DNA from: Amoebophrya sp. A120
Taxonomy: Eukaryota; Protista; Dinoflagellata
DNA length: 64,000 nt
Reading direction: 5' to 3'
Assembly (NCBI GenBank): GCA_905178155.1
Contig: CAJINV010000002.1
Span: 10,334,146 to 10,398,145 of the forward strand
Part shown: one piece after another, positions 1 through 11,105 of the stretch
Layout of the letters: every line of letters begins with the position of its first letter
Position numbering within the stretch: the stretch's first letter is position 1
Notes under the pieces: generated by a model
Seen by the model: only the letters and a program-made list of their open reading frames with translations
What the model was told of the DNA's origin: nothing
Database searches by the model: none
Made by a program: the position numbers and the translations under genes

Positions 1-102
1 ACGGAGGACCAAAACGGAGTCGATTCAGGATGGATATGTGCCTATTTGCTGTCTTAATAAAGATTTTTTTGAATTATTGAAGTCATAATCCTCCAGACCA
101 TC

Positions 103-379
103 TCATATCTTATCTCTTCTCTTGCACACCGTGCAACACAAAATCGGCTTCAACGGGATGTTGCTCGCTTTCGACGGGCTGTTCGGTAAAACGGATGCTC
201 CTTGGCTGTTTTTCTCACCCGCATTCTTATCTCTTCTCCTGCACACCGTGCAACACAAAACCGGCTTCAACACTTTTCCCCAAAGAATTTCCTTCACGAC
301 AACACTCACGACGAATTGCAACCCAGTATTCACATACACGAAATCGGTAAATTTGTCCAAATAGCTCACCGTCTTCGTC
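103..379 (-). CDS. Probable terminal exon of a hypothetical protein with a duplicated LKPxLCCTVCxRRDK motif
   Basis: ORF 103..369 contains two copies of a 47-bp unit. It abuts a truncated introner at 380, so the 5' part is unresolved. Confidence 0.3.
108..271. repeat. 47-bp direct repeat (108-154 and 225-271)
   Basis: tcttatctcttctcYtgcacaccgtgcaacacaaaaYcggcttcaac occurs twice with 2 mismatches. Confidence 0.9.
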
Positions 380-658
380 TATCAAATGCAAACATGCCTG
401 GGTCTGGAAAGTTGGAACTTGTAATGCTGGCGTTACATTCCTGCGAAATCTGTATTGCATGACCAACAAAAGCGGCAGCCTCTCTTGTCATACAAGAACG
501 CTGTTTCTGATGCGGAATTCGGATTTGATAAAACGTTCTGCAAACTTGTCATGCTTTACTGGATAAGAAAATGGTTCCATCACGCACATTTTAGCATCAC
601 AAATTTCCAGACCCAGACATATTTAGCATCACAAAAATTTTAGCATCACAAATTTCCA
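380..658. mobile_element. Truncated/rearranged family-A introner (MITE-like)
   Basis: Left TIR tatcaaatgcaaacatgcctgggtctggaa at 380. The right TIR stops after ttccagacccagacat (~620) and is followed by reiterated tttagcatcacaaa. No terminal ATA or TSD. Confidence 0.8.
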
Positions 659-659
659 G

Positions 660-2291
660 TGCTGTCAAAGTCTACTGACACGGAACTTCTGCTAGTGAAA
701 TGCAAATCTCTGCCATTCCATTTTCCACATCGCAGGGGCTTTTTTTCCGCATCGTGTTGTACTTGTTTCATGCGACGGGTTGCGAAAATGGCTATGGCAT
801 CAACGGCGCTCAATCAGATTCAGAAAACGAACAACAAAAACTTGGACTTTTCAGGTACTGCGGTATGGGGTTAATCACGTTGGCAATCTTGTTTGACGAG
901 ATGGAGTAACGGTGCCAATCGGGGGAGGTACGGACAGCAGCATCAGCTTCCGATTTCGAAAAAAATTGACGAATCTTGAATCGAAAGTGAACTAAGCCAG
1001 ATGTTGTGGTGAAAAACCAAGTAGAAAAATCCGGATAGATTCATTGTTTCCAAAAGCAAAAGAATAAAACTCAAATAAACTAGAACTAGTGCTTCAGATG
1101 AACTTGTAGCAGTCTTATTTCAACAAGATGAAAGGTTCCAACCTACACCAGGTATTGATTCATTGATTCGTATCTGTCGATGAGCTACGTTTTTGACATC
1201 TTCTATACTTGTGAGAAAGTTTCTGTTTCGACGATGAACTTGATAGCCTAGTCGACTAATTTCGTCACGGTCGCAAAACAAAAACTCCCAAAGTTGGCGC
1301 CCTCCAAGGAATCTTTTAAAGTGCCCAAGGTACACCGACGTCTGCTTTGTATGGATTTTTTGTATTGCAACTGCAACCTTTGATCCTTCTGCTGTCAAAG
1401 TCTACTGACACGGAACTTCTGCTAGTGAGATAATTCTAAGTGATAAAATCTTCCAAGAAAAAAGAGACTCAGTGTCAGCTTTGCTTCCATACAAACTTCA
1501 TCTCTCAGGAATTAACATCGCCAAACAAAGTAGGGCGGGAAAAAAAATAGAGTTGAGTCAGGAAAAACGGAGTACGTGCCAAAAGGCGGGAAAAGTCTGA
1601 CTATTCACAAACAGTCTGCACAAAACCAAAAGCTCAACTTGCTTCGACATAAGGAAGTGCTATAATCTTGTTGCTGTGCTCCAAAAAAAAACCACTTCGC
1701 TGTGTGCGAGGTGGCGAATGAACACACGAAAGGACGCATTTGCTGTTCACTCGAATCTACTTTCCCGGTTGCTCTCTAGAAGAAGCAAAACCGCGCCCGT
1801 CCCCATGCGAAGCCCACGACACCTTCTGCCTACGCAAAGGTTCGCCGTGCGCGGCTCCGTTTCAATTGTTTCAATGCCCGCTCGGAAGGTTTTGATGTTT
1901 CTACGTATCGAGAAGGATGACAAGGCGCACTCGCGGTGCAAAGTGAAAGGCACAGTTGAGCAGTTGTTCACGAATTGATGCCTTTCCATCTTCCCTATCG
2001 TTTTATTTTCACTGCTGCTCCTTGATGAGAGCCTTCAACTTGTCCACCACCACCGGGTTGCAAGTGGTTTTCATCTCCTTCAACTTCCCCTCAACGTCCG
2101 CCTGCTTAATCGCGGATTTGTTATGAGAGTGCACAACTTTCCCTCTCCCCCTCATTTGAAGAGGATGAGTAGCAACACAAGCAGCAGCAGAAATGTGGCT
2201 TCAGCATGACAAATGTCGTGCACGCGGCTTGTAGTACTGTTAGTTTTAGTAGTGCTGTCAAAGTCTACTGACACAGAACTTGTGCTAGTGA
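660..2291. repeat. Three dispersed copies of a 39-bp repeat (660-698, 1390-1428, 2253-2291)
   Basis: tgctgtcaaagtctactgacacggaacttctgctagtga is identical in copies 1 and 2, with 2 mismatches in copy 3. Internal tgtca..tgaca hairpin. Confidence 0.9.
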
Positions 2292-2659
2292 AACAAATCG
2301 AAAAAAAGCTCAGCACGGCAGCGCCTGGAGAAAGCAAAGAGAGTGAGGATCCGCACAGCTGCTGGTGGAACGAACAGGAGATCGGTTGGTAGGCAGAGAT
2401 CTATATATATATTTATTCAATGCGCAGCTAAATGCTGTCCGTGTTACCATTTCCAAAATTTCCGGATCAATCCTTCAACTTCATTTTCACCTTGCGTAAA
2501 GACTGAAGAAGAACACCGGGCAAGTTTTTTTTCAGAGCCGCAACTCTCGCCGATCTGCTCCTGCAGAGATCAACCAGCTGATGATTTGTAGTTTTTCGTC
2601 GACAAGGATAACGTTTTGCGGTGCATTTTTGCCTCCCAAATAGGTAAACACTACTTCGA

Positions 2660-4717
2660 TCATTCGAACCTGGGGAGGTCGTTGCACTTTTGCAAAACCT
2701 TCGCGACATGATAGACCGCCATTTGGTTCCAAATCAAGGAGCGCAGCAGGCAGTGCACCACCGTGTTTTTCTCTAGCTGTTTCTGAAATAAGCGCACGTC
2801 CTCGGCACCGCTGCTTGCATCGTTGCTCGCGTTGCTCGAGGCCAGCATCTGGCGGTAGCTTCGGTGCAGTTCATGGATCCGCGTGTACAGCTTCGCGTAG
2901 ATCTTTTTCACCGTTTCCACGCGGTCCTTCACACTGAACCCGTCTTCCATCCAGGAAAAGCACTGTTTTTCGCCGTAGGTGTTCAGCCATTTGGAGTTCT
3001 GCTCGTGCAGCTTGTCGTACGCGATGCCGGGGATCAAATCCAGCCGCGCCAAGGGTGCCAGCAACGGGCTCGGTGACCACCGGGGGACCCACCCGTTTTC
3101 CTTGTAGACGCGAGGTTGTCCGGCAGTTACGGTAGTTGCAGCCGTGTCGCTCACGAGCCCCTGCACCTGGTGCCGCCGCGTTATGACCTCCCGTAGCTGC
3201 GCCACGGTCGGAAGAGGCACTTTCTTGTTTGCGTCCTGCTGTTTCTGTTCTACTGCGTTTGCTGCGGAGGTAGCTTTTGCTGGGCGATCATTTGGTACTT
3301 CATTACCGATGTCTGCGTCGCTTTTCTCGGCCGACGCAGCTTCGTTCTTGATCCGATCGCCATTTTTCAAAACATTCTCGTTATTTTTGTTGAAATGATC
3401 GGAAGAACTTGTTGTTACTGCTGCACCTGGCGGTGGCTCATTCACCAGTTGTGCGACTGTCTTTGGGGCCCTAATTACTGCTTGATGCGGTTCTTCTTGA
3501 GCCGCCACAGTAGATGGACTATTCGTAGTTTTCGCGGTCACCACAATCCTCGAGCCTCCGGTGCTGTCGTCTTGATTATTACCATCCGACGAATCATCTT
3601 CATCGTTCTCCTGCTGGTCGTTCCTCTTGCTTTTTACATCATCACCCGCTTCCTCTTGTTGATCTGCCCCTACATCTACGCCATTCTGTGCAGCACTATA
3701 ATTTGCCTCGGCGTTCATTGCGTCGGTTTCTTCCACATCTGCCGTGAGTTCTGCCGTCTCTGCTTGCTGTCTCCGGATTTCTCGCCGCACTTCCTCGCTC
3801 GAGGAAGTTTCGTAATCCGTATCACCGTCCTCCTCGTCTTCAGAGGAGGACGATGCGATGGAATCCGTGAGTTCCATTTGTTGTTCGATCAATCTCTCCC
3901 GCTTCTCGTCGTCCCGAAATCTCTGATAGAACTGTTTCTGCGATTTCAAATTCGCAGCCACCTCGCAGCCCGCCATCGCCAGCCACGAACACATCAGCCA
4001 CTGGCGCCGGGAGAGCTCCGTTTTCAGGCCCTGCCGGACCGCGCGCAGGAAAATCTGGTGCGACTGGTTCAGGAAAAACTCCAGGTCCGTGGGCCGGTGC
4101 CGCCGTCCAACTTTCACCAACGACTGCAGCGTGCTTAGGTTGTCGGCCAGGAAAACACCCAAGTCCTCCAGGAAAAAGTCGGAAATCAGGTGCCGGGTCA
4201 GAATACGCCGATTTTCTAGTGCTGCTAGATGGTCCTGGGTGTTGTTTTCATCCAGCTTCTTCACACCTTCGATATGCCCCGTTTTGGTCTTGATGTTCCC
4301 AATCCCATACGTATTCCCATCTTCGTCCAGAAATGCTTCTAGTTGCGTCACGGTGCTTTTGCTGGTCCTTGGCGCAGGCGAAAAAGATTCATCCAGCTCG
4401 CTTGGAGCACTCGCGGTTGGCCTGTAGAAGGAACTTCTACTCCCGGCGACTCTTCGGGACCCGTTTTGCCTTTCCAGGACCTGCACCCCGATCGGCTCCT
4501 CCTCACATTCAGAAGGAGAACTAGGTGCCGCTTCGGGCTCGTCCATATCCGGGCCCGCGTGGTGCCGGGTTTGACGCCCTCCACGGGGCATCTTCTTTCT
4601 CTGGAGTGACCGTCTTCCGACCCTGAAGCCGCGCCGTGCTAGTCTATTCCGATGGTCGCGTGGATAGATCGATGAACTAGAGACTAAACGTGAATACGTA
4701 CGCCAATACCGATGCAA
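2660..4717 (-). CDS. Hypothetical protein, acidic low-complexity centre, helical ends (ATG start possibly at MPRGG ~4591)
   Basis: 685-codon uninterrupted ORF with coding-like composition. No family recognised. Confidence 0.7.
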   Translation of the reverse strand: MHRYWRTYSRLVSSSSIYPRDHRNRLARRGFRVGRRSLQRKKMPRGGRQTRHHAGPDMDEPEAAPSSPSECEEEPIGVQVLERQNGSRRVAGSRSSFYRPTASAPSELDESFSPAPRTSKSTVTQLEAFLDEDGNTYGIGNIKTKTGHIEGVKKLDENNTQDHLAALENRRILTRHLISDFFLEDLGVFLADNLSTLQSLVKVGRRHRPTDLEFFLNQSHQIFLRAVRQGLKTELSRRQWLMCSWLAMAGCEVAANLKSQKQFYQRFRDDEKRERLIEQQMELTDSIASSSSEDEEDGDTDYETSSSEEVRREIRRQQAETAELTADVEETDAMNAEANYSAAQNGVDVGADQQEEAGDDVKSKRNDQQENDEDDSSDGNNQDDSTGGSRIVVTAKTTNSPSTVAAQEEPHQAVIRAPKTVAQLVNEPPPGAAVTTSSSDHFNKNNENVLKNGDRIKNEAASAEKSDADIGNEVPNDRPAKATSAANAVEQKQQDANKKVPLPTVAQLREVITRRHQVQGLVSDTAATTVTAGQPRVYKENGWVPRWSPSPLLAPLARLDLIPGIAYDKLHEQNSKWLNTYGEKQCFSWMEDGFSVKDRVETVKKIYAKLYTRIHELHRSYRQMLASSNASNDASSGAEDVRLFQKQLEKNTVVHCLLRSLIWNQMAVYHVAKVLQKCNDLPRFE

Positions 4718-5383
4718 GTAGAAGATCTCATTATACTGGTATCGCGTCTAAAACGAAATCACCTCATGTGTACAAAATGGCAGTCTGTATTTTTGTAGTG
4801 GGGCTGTATCTTTCATCGGGTCCTGCAGAAACAACGAGGGGGGCCGAGTAAGTACTACACTGAGACGATGTTAATGTTGACGAAAAGGTGCGCACGACAT
4901 CAGCAGGGTGCAACATCAGTCTGGCGCTGACCAGCACCACGATGCAGACTGGACTTTGAATTTGATTAGCACGATCACCACGATTAATTTTCTGCGCACG
5001 GTGGAGTAGAGTCGTAAGCGTAACTTGTCTGTGTATAGATTCATGTTTGTTACTAGGCCGACAACACCGAATCTTCGAGAGCATCTTGATACTAAAATGC
5101 ACGATCTGAAAATTGTCGAAGTGAAAGAACCAAACCAAGAACATCAACAAACCTTGAAGCAGTAAGATGAAACCTTTCACGCCACTGTAATCGATTACGA
5201 TTTTACTTTTAGCCATCACCGTCCCTTCAAAAAAGAAACCGTTTGTTTTTGAGGTCTAGGCATATTTATGGGGAAAAAGTTTAGGCATGGGTATAATTAT
5301 ACGGGATGAAGAAATGGAAACTAGAAATTTAGTTGTGGGTACTGCGTCATAGTCTGGGTGCAAGAATGCTTGTGCCTATCATT

Positions 5384-8300
5384 TCAGCTTCCGCTCGACT
5401 CCGGCGTCCCGAGCATCTTCTCTATAAGCGCGTCCGCGACCCGCATGGGTATGCAAGATTCCGTCGTGACGTCGCAGGCGCTGGTGTAGAACCCCCGGCG
5501 ACAAGTCGCGCTCTTCGGGTCGGTGCAGTCCCTCCAGGAAAAGCTTTTCGCCCGCTCTGCCTCGGTAGCTGTGGCGGGTATCTGCACGTTGCGCTCCAAC
5601 TCTGCTTGGGCGTCGAGCAGATCCATTGTCAAGTGAGTCACGAAGTTCTTAAGCGTAAAGTAGTTCGCGTCCATAGCCAGAAACGAGCACTCCAACGGGG
5701 TGACACCCCCCGAATCCACGTGTGGGAAGTACGTGCCTCGCCCCGTGAGCTCGAGGGAGTTATACTTGTTGGGGCCGTTGCTCGATAGCAATTGCATGCT
5801 GCCCTCGCCAAACCCCCCACCGTGACACGCTTCCGCCAAGGTCAGCCACAGCTCCCCAAATTCGAGAGTGTCCACTTGCCGGCCGATCATGCCGGTCCAC
5901 GCGAGCTCGCTTCGCGCCCTGCTTTCCAGGGCGAAGCTGCCGAACATCTTCGCGGGAATCTGGAGCGTTGCGACATCTTCGCCAAAATCTCCGCCGTTGA
6001 ACAAAAAATCGTACACTGCCTTGTCGGCCACCGTACCCCGCTCCTCGACAGCGGAGGCCAGCGCTTGTTCGCGCAGGGTCTCCGGCGGATAGACCGTGGG
6101 CGTACCGCGGAAAAACGCCGCGTACTTCACATCGTCCACATTCTGGATCTTCGCCTGCTCCGTTGCAAAGTCGCGCTCCACATCCGCGGAGAACTCCGCG
6201 TTCAGGAGGCTCTTCACCGTTTCCGACCGCTCGCGCACCCAGTGCCGGCTGTTGGTGGGGCTGATGAAGGTCATGAGCACTTCGCGCCCCGCGGGGATCT
6301 GCAGGTACTTGTTCTCGATCGTGCGCAGCTTGACGGTCGCCACCGCCCCATACCCAGTCGCCACCGCGGACTCCAGCGCCTCCGCCACACCGAGAAAGGC
6401 CTCGGGCGCAAACACCTGGCGCCGGGCAACAGCCGCGTCCTGTGCGGCGTTCTCCGCGTCCCTGAGCTCGCGCACCTTCTCGTCACTCAGCGTTTTCTCA
6501 CCGCAGCAGGACGCGGGCTCGGTTTGCACCACGTCCGGCCGCGTCCGCAGCCCGAATAGCTGCAGCGTCGCCGCGTCGAGACCGCAAGCGTGCCAGCAGG
6601 GCACGTCCATGTGAAAGGCCTGCTTCAATGGTTCGTACCGCCCGAACAGCCAGTCTTGCTCCATGCTCGTCAAGTGCAGCAGGTGGTCCCGTTTTAGCAA
6701 CACGTCTCCACCTTCTTCACTCGAGCTGGATACATTCTCCATCAGCCTTCGTAGGAGAAGGAACCGCGAGTACCGGATGTCCCCCTTCGTGTTCATGGTG
6801 ACCACCACCCTTTGCACGCCTCGACGCAGCAGCGGGTAGACCCCCAGTGCGTCGGCCACGTCGCCGTCACTCAGCAACAGATCCACCTTGCGCATGCTCT
6901 CGTTTTCCAGGAAGAACGCGTGTTCGAACCCGAAGGCTTCGCTGATCCCCGCCCGCAGAAGGTTGCTCGAGGCGGTGACCGCGTCGGACAGGGCCCGGGG
7001 CGAGTGCAGCCGGTCGATCGCGTACAGCTCCTCCGCCGCCGGAGGCAGGCCGGCGCGCTCCGCTTCCGCGGTGCGGGATGATTGGTACTTGTTGGCTGCT
7101 TCGTAGAACGGGGTGGTTTCGAACAGGAAGGCAGTCTGCTCCGTCGGGCCGCTCTCGGGCTTCAACGTCTGACCCTTCTCGGTGGCGGTCTGCACCACGA
7201 TGGGAAAGGGAAGCCCCTTGCGGCGCAACATCGGCCGGTGCGTGAGCGGGTCCCGGTACTGGACGAACTCAAAGGGCAAGCTTTTCCACCGCGCCGGGCT
7301 CTGCTCGGCGCCGCAGAAGATCCGCTCCTGAATCCACCGGTGCTGGTCCACGAGCTTCGCCATGTCGCACCCGCTGCACATGCAATCCGCCATGCCGTTC
7401 CCGCACAAAGCCTCGTCGCCGATGTACTGCGCGAATCCTACCGTGAGAAAGCTCGGGCAACTCCGCTGCTTGTGCTTGTCCTGCAGCCCCTTCAGCGTCA
7501 ACCCGCCGAACGAGTTCGCGTCGCCGCTGTTCGTCCAATCTTTGCCGATGAAGTACTCCGGGTAGCTCTGGTCGCCGAACCCGGGAAAGTAGTGCGTTAT
7601 CAAATGTAAAAATGTCTGGGTCTGGAAGATTGCCAGGTTTGTCATGCACATTTTGCATGACTCCTGATGTCTGTGATGCATGCCCTAGCATCACAGATTT
7701 TGTGAGGGCTTCCTGATGCCTATACCGCATGACAAATGCTCTTTCCGTGTAGCAAAACTTGGACACTCTTTGCTGCTCATCGTTCGTTCGTTGTGGATCG
7801 GCTCTGCCGACCGGGTAACCCAACGCCTTGCATATAAGTGACCGACTTAGGCGAACCCCGTTGCGGGACATACAAATTGGCCGTACGGAAGGGCCCTAAG
7901 CGCTACATACATAGTTCACCCTAAGCGCCTACCACTTCGGTCTGGGACCTCGTCTACCTGATCCTGGGGGTCCACAGCGCACTAGCCCTTTGCTAGCATA
8001 AACAGTTTGGGTTCTACAAAGTGATCTAACTCTCTCCTTTGAACAGTAAGGCCATCATAAATGTGCGCTAAAACGGGTTCGGGGCGCTCCGTACGGAAGG
8101 GGGCCCTTCGACGCGGCGTACACTCTCCTGTAGAGATTTACGCGGAACACGGAATAGATTTTTTTAGAATCCAAAATCAGCATGACAAGTTGGATTCTTC
8201 CAGACCCAGACATTTTTACAGTTGATATGCGTCTCGCCCGTGCGATTGTTGGCGTCCAGCTTTTCCTATCCTGTGCAAAAGTATCGCACTCGTACTAATT

Positions 8301-8996
8301 GCAATCATGCATGACAGATCTTGTTTCTTAGCGAAATCAGCATTACAAATTCCATTTTTTCTTCTGGAAAAATTTGTATTGCGATTTATACTAGTACGAT
8401 ACTTTTGCAATGCATATTTCCGCGCTTTCCGGACCCGGGACAAACAGGCCGGTGGCGAAGCCCCACGTGCCCCCGGACACGCCGGTCACGTACTCCGGCA
8501 GTCGCAGTTCCTCGTCGTGGTACACCTTGAGAACCGCTCCCACCAGCCCCGCGGCGCGGCTGCCACCCCCGCTGAAGGCGAACCCAGACACGTACGCGGG
8601 GCAGGCAAAGTCCGTGCTGTCCGGGTCGCTCGCCGGCGCCAACAGGGCCTGGAACTCCGGGAATCCGCACCACGTTCCGCGTTCCGTCAACCCGTAATTG
8701 TCCTTCTGCTTTTTAATAGCGGTCTTTGCCACAAACGATGCCACTTCTTCGCCTTTCTTGGTACTTCGTGTGCCACCGCTCAGGTTTCTGAGCTGGTTGT
8801 TTCTTTGCCCATCTTGCATCTTGAGGTCCTGGAGATGCGGCCTGTGCTGAGGAAAGCGCAGACTGCGCTTCTTGTTTGTCTCACCCCCCACATACGCCGC
8901 GACGGAGTAGTCTTCCAGCGGTAGCTGCCCGATTAAAAAAAAGATCAAACGGCGGCGCGAGATCATGTTTATGATGTGCGGAGGGGGATTTCGCAA
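5384..8996 (-). CDS. cPLA2/patatin-like (lyso)phospholipase; interrupted by introners at 8267-8416 and 7598-8227; 5' end uncertain
   Basis: Oxyanion motif FSGGGSRA, nucleophile elbow GVSGG and a candidate catalytic Asp in LSDGD. Excising the elements joins ..PESAE|KLDANNRTGETH|YFPGF.. in frame. Confidence 0.75.
7598..8227. mobile_element. Family-A introner with ~370-bp nested insert; TSD TGCGT
   Basis: TIR tatcaaatgtaaaaatgtctgggtctggaag / cttccagacccagacatttttacagttgata. TGCGT at 7593-7597 and 8228-8232. Confidence 0.95.
7781..8150 (-). mobile_element. Nested insert with (AACG)n tail, possible retroposon 3' end
   Basis: Absent from sister introners (630-370=260 vs typical 262 bp). Begins cgttcgttcgtt on +. 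Internal repeat ccgtacggaaggg(gg)ccc occurs twice. Confidence 0.5.
8267..8416. mobile_element. Family-G introner, 150 bp; TSD TTTCC
   Basis: TIR tatcctgtgcaaaagtatcgcactcgta / tactagtacgatacttttgcaatgcata. Removal restores the lipase frame. Confidence 0.9.
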
Positions 8997-9671
8997 CTTT
9001 GATGTGAGAGATGACCGCCGCCTCTTGCCGAAAGGACCGGCAACTTACGTCGTTGCGACTGCGAGCGCGGCGCAAAGAGAAACTACATCAACCTAAGGCA
9101 AAAAAATTATTGAAAAAGAATTTTCCTTGTCGTCGTGTGAGGTTTGGATTTGGGATGCTGAAGGGGCCACAAGTGGAAGATTCTGTTTCGCTTCCGAGAG
9201 CGGACAAGCAGATTATACGGTCATGATAAGATGTCATAAGATGACCGATTTTTTGTACCCGCACGCACAAAACGGCGCGAACGAAAAGTGGTGTTTGGAC
9301 GATTACAGTGCACGACAACGTACGAGAGGTGACAATTCTTTTGCACGAAAACGAAATCCCTGACTGATAGACGACCGATTGTTCGCCAGGCGGCGACGGA
9401 TGGACGATGAGCTCGTCGGCAGCCTGGAGAATAGCAAAGTGCTCCTGTGACGACCGGAGTTTGTGTATTGCACATACTTACACGATAGAAAACAGGAGAA
9501 GTTTCAAGCATTCTGACTCTACCAACGGCCGCAGTGGTACGCGGCGGTCAGTCGTGGGGCACTCAGTGCTGTGTCGTGAGGTACTTCTCTATCACTTGGT
9601 ACGCGCAAATCTGCGGCCTTGCAGCTCCACCTGCACACGTGCTTACTTCTCCTTGTTTTCCACTTCTGTCA

Positions 9672-10589
9672 TCAACGCTGTGATGTCACTCCGGCGAAAA
9701 CCAAGCCAACTAAATCTTGCAAGGCGGTGAAAACGGAGAATTCCTTGTGAAAGTCCATGTCTTCCCACTTTTTTCCGCTGTACCGGCTTCCGAACCGTTC
9801 CTTAAACTGGGGCTCGAACGCCCCGGGCTCGTACTCCGGAATGTACCCCTTTTGGTTTGGCAAGTTGCCGCTGTCCCGCCGGATGCAGGCGACGGGGCAA
9901 GCGTGGTCGAGCATTTTCTTGCAGGGTCGCTTCCGGTCCTTGGAGAGGAGCACCGGCTGGTATTCCGGGACGTTTTTCCCCATCAGGTGCAGCTCCCGGT
10001 GCGCGCGCGCCTCGGTTTTGAGTGCAATCGCAAGCTCCATCGTCTCGTCCAGATCGAGGGTGGGAGCCTGTTGTCATTAGAATTGCGCAAGACGTCAACA
10101 GCTCCGTGCGTTGTTCCCTTACTAGAAGGCGCCACAGATTAATATGCTTGCTTACGGTTACGCTCACAAATGGTGGCCGTGTGACAATAACCTCCTAAGC
10201 TGACTTCGTCCTTCTCGACATCAAGAAATAAACCACAAAAAGCCTACCTCCATGTCCTGCCACTCTAAGCTTTCTGCCAACAGATTCGTGCATGCGCGTG
10301 TTATCTGGTCGTTGCACACCGTCATGCAGCCATGATTCAGGCCCATGAGAGAGAAAGTTCGAAGAAAAATATCCTTCCAGTTCAGGGAGGTGACGTACGT
10401 TTGCACTTCGTCTGCAAGCTCCTTCGGTATGGCCTCATACTGATGCTGCTGTGCGTTGGTAAGGGCGGGAAAAAGAAAGGAGAGCGTCAAGAAACACGTG
10501 GCTGCCGCGCCGGTGACGAGGACAAGCAGAAGCGGAGGCCGGCTTTGTGCAGGAGGCCATCTTGTCGGTTTTCTCATTGTCGTTGCCAA
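9672..10589 (-). CDS. Hypothetical secreted/membrane-anchored protein, 2 exons (GT-AG intron 10068-10247)
   Basis: Hydrophobic N-terminus. Donor GAG|gtaggc, branch/acceptor ctaatgacaacag|, in-frame join WQDME|APTLDLDETM. Confidence 0.65.
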
Positions 10590-11105
10590 AGTACTCGCCT
10601 GAACTCTGGAGCTTGTTCGGGAATACGACTTTCAATCGCACGACCGGGAAATCTTACTGATCGTACATCAATCGCATCCTGAAACTCGACGGAGCTGCAG
10701 CACAAAACGTTTGACAAACGTTTTCCATCGTATATTGATCTTGAGCACTTCTCCCTACGCGATTGAGACGCAACAAACGATGCGGACAGAACGGATCCGA
10801 CGAATTTTCGTTGATCGTGAGGAAAACAACAAGTTGTTCACTGATACGAAAGTCGCAAAAACGGCCACCGAGCTACTAGAAGGCAAAGAAAAATATGTGA
10901 CATTCAGAAAACCGACGCAAACGGTTCGCGAAGGCACCTGGAACATCCCGTTAGCTTCTTTTCAGCCGAGAGGAACTCGTTCCCGTGTAGTGCACAGGCA
11001 GGCGCGCTGCCAGATGTAGCTGTCATCGTTTTGGATATACGTACTAGCTCATGCAGCACAATCATCAGTGTCGCCTATATGTTCTGTTCACCGTCTTGTC
11101 GGTTG

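Noticed and set aside
660-2291. CRISPR-like repeat-spacer array
   Set aside because: Intervals are 700-800 bp, there are only three copies, no cas genes, and the context is eukaryotic.
4764-5219. 151-aa ORF
   Set aside because: AT-rich, no motifs, lies between two genes. Probably UTR or intergenic.
9075-9318. In-frame TGA at 9088 upstream of the lipase as another readthrough
   Set aside because: A plausible 3' splice site (ttttttgccttag) lies just before it, so the 5' exon structure is unresolved.
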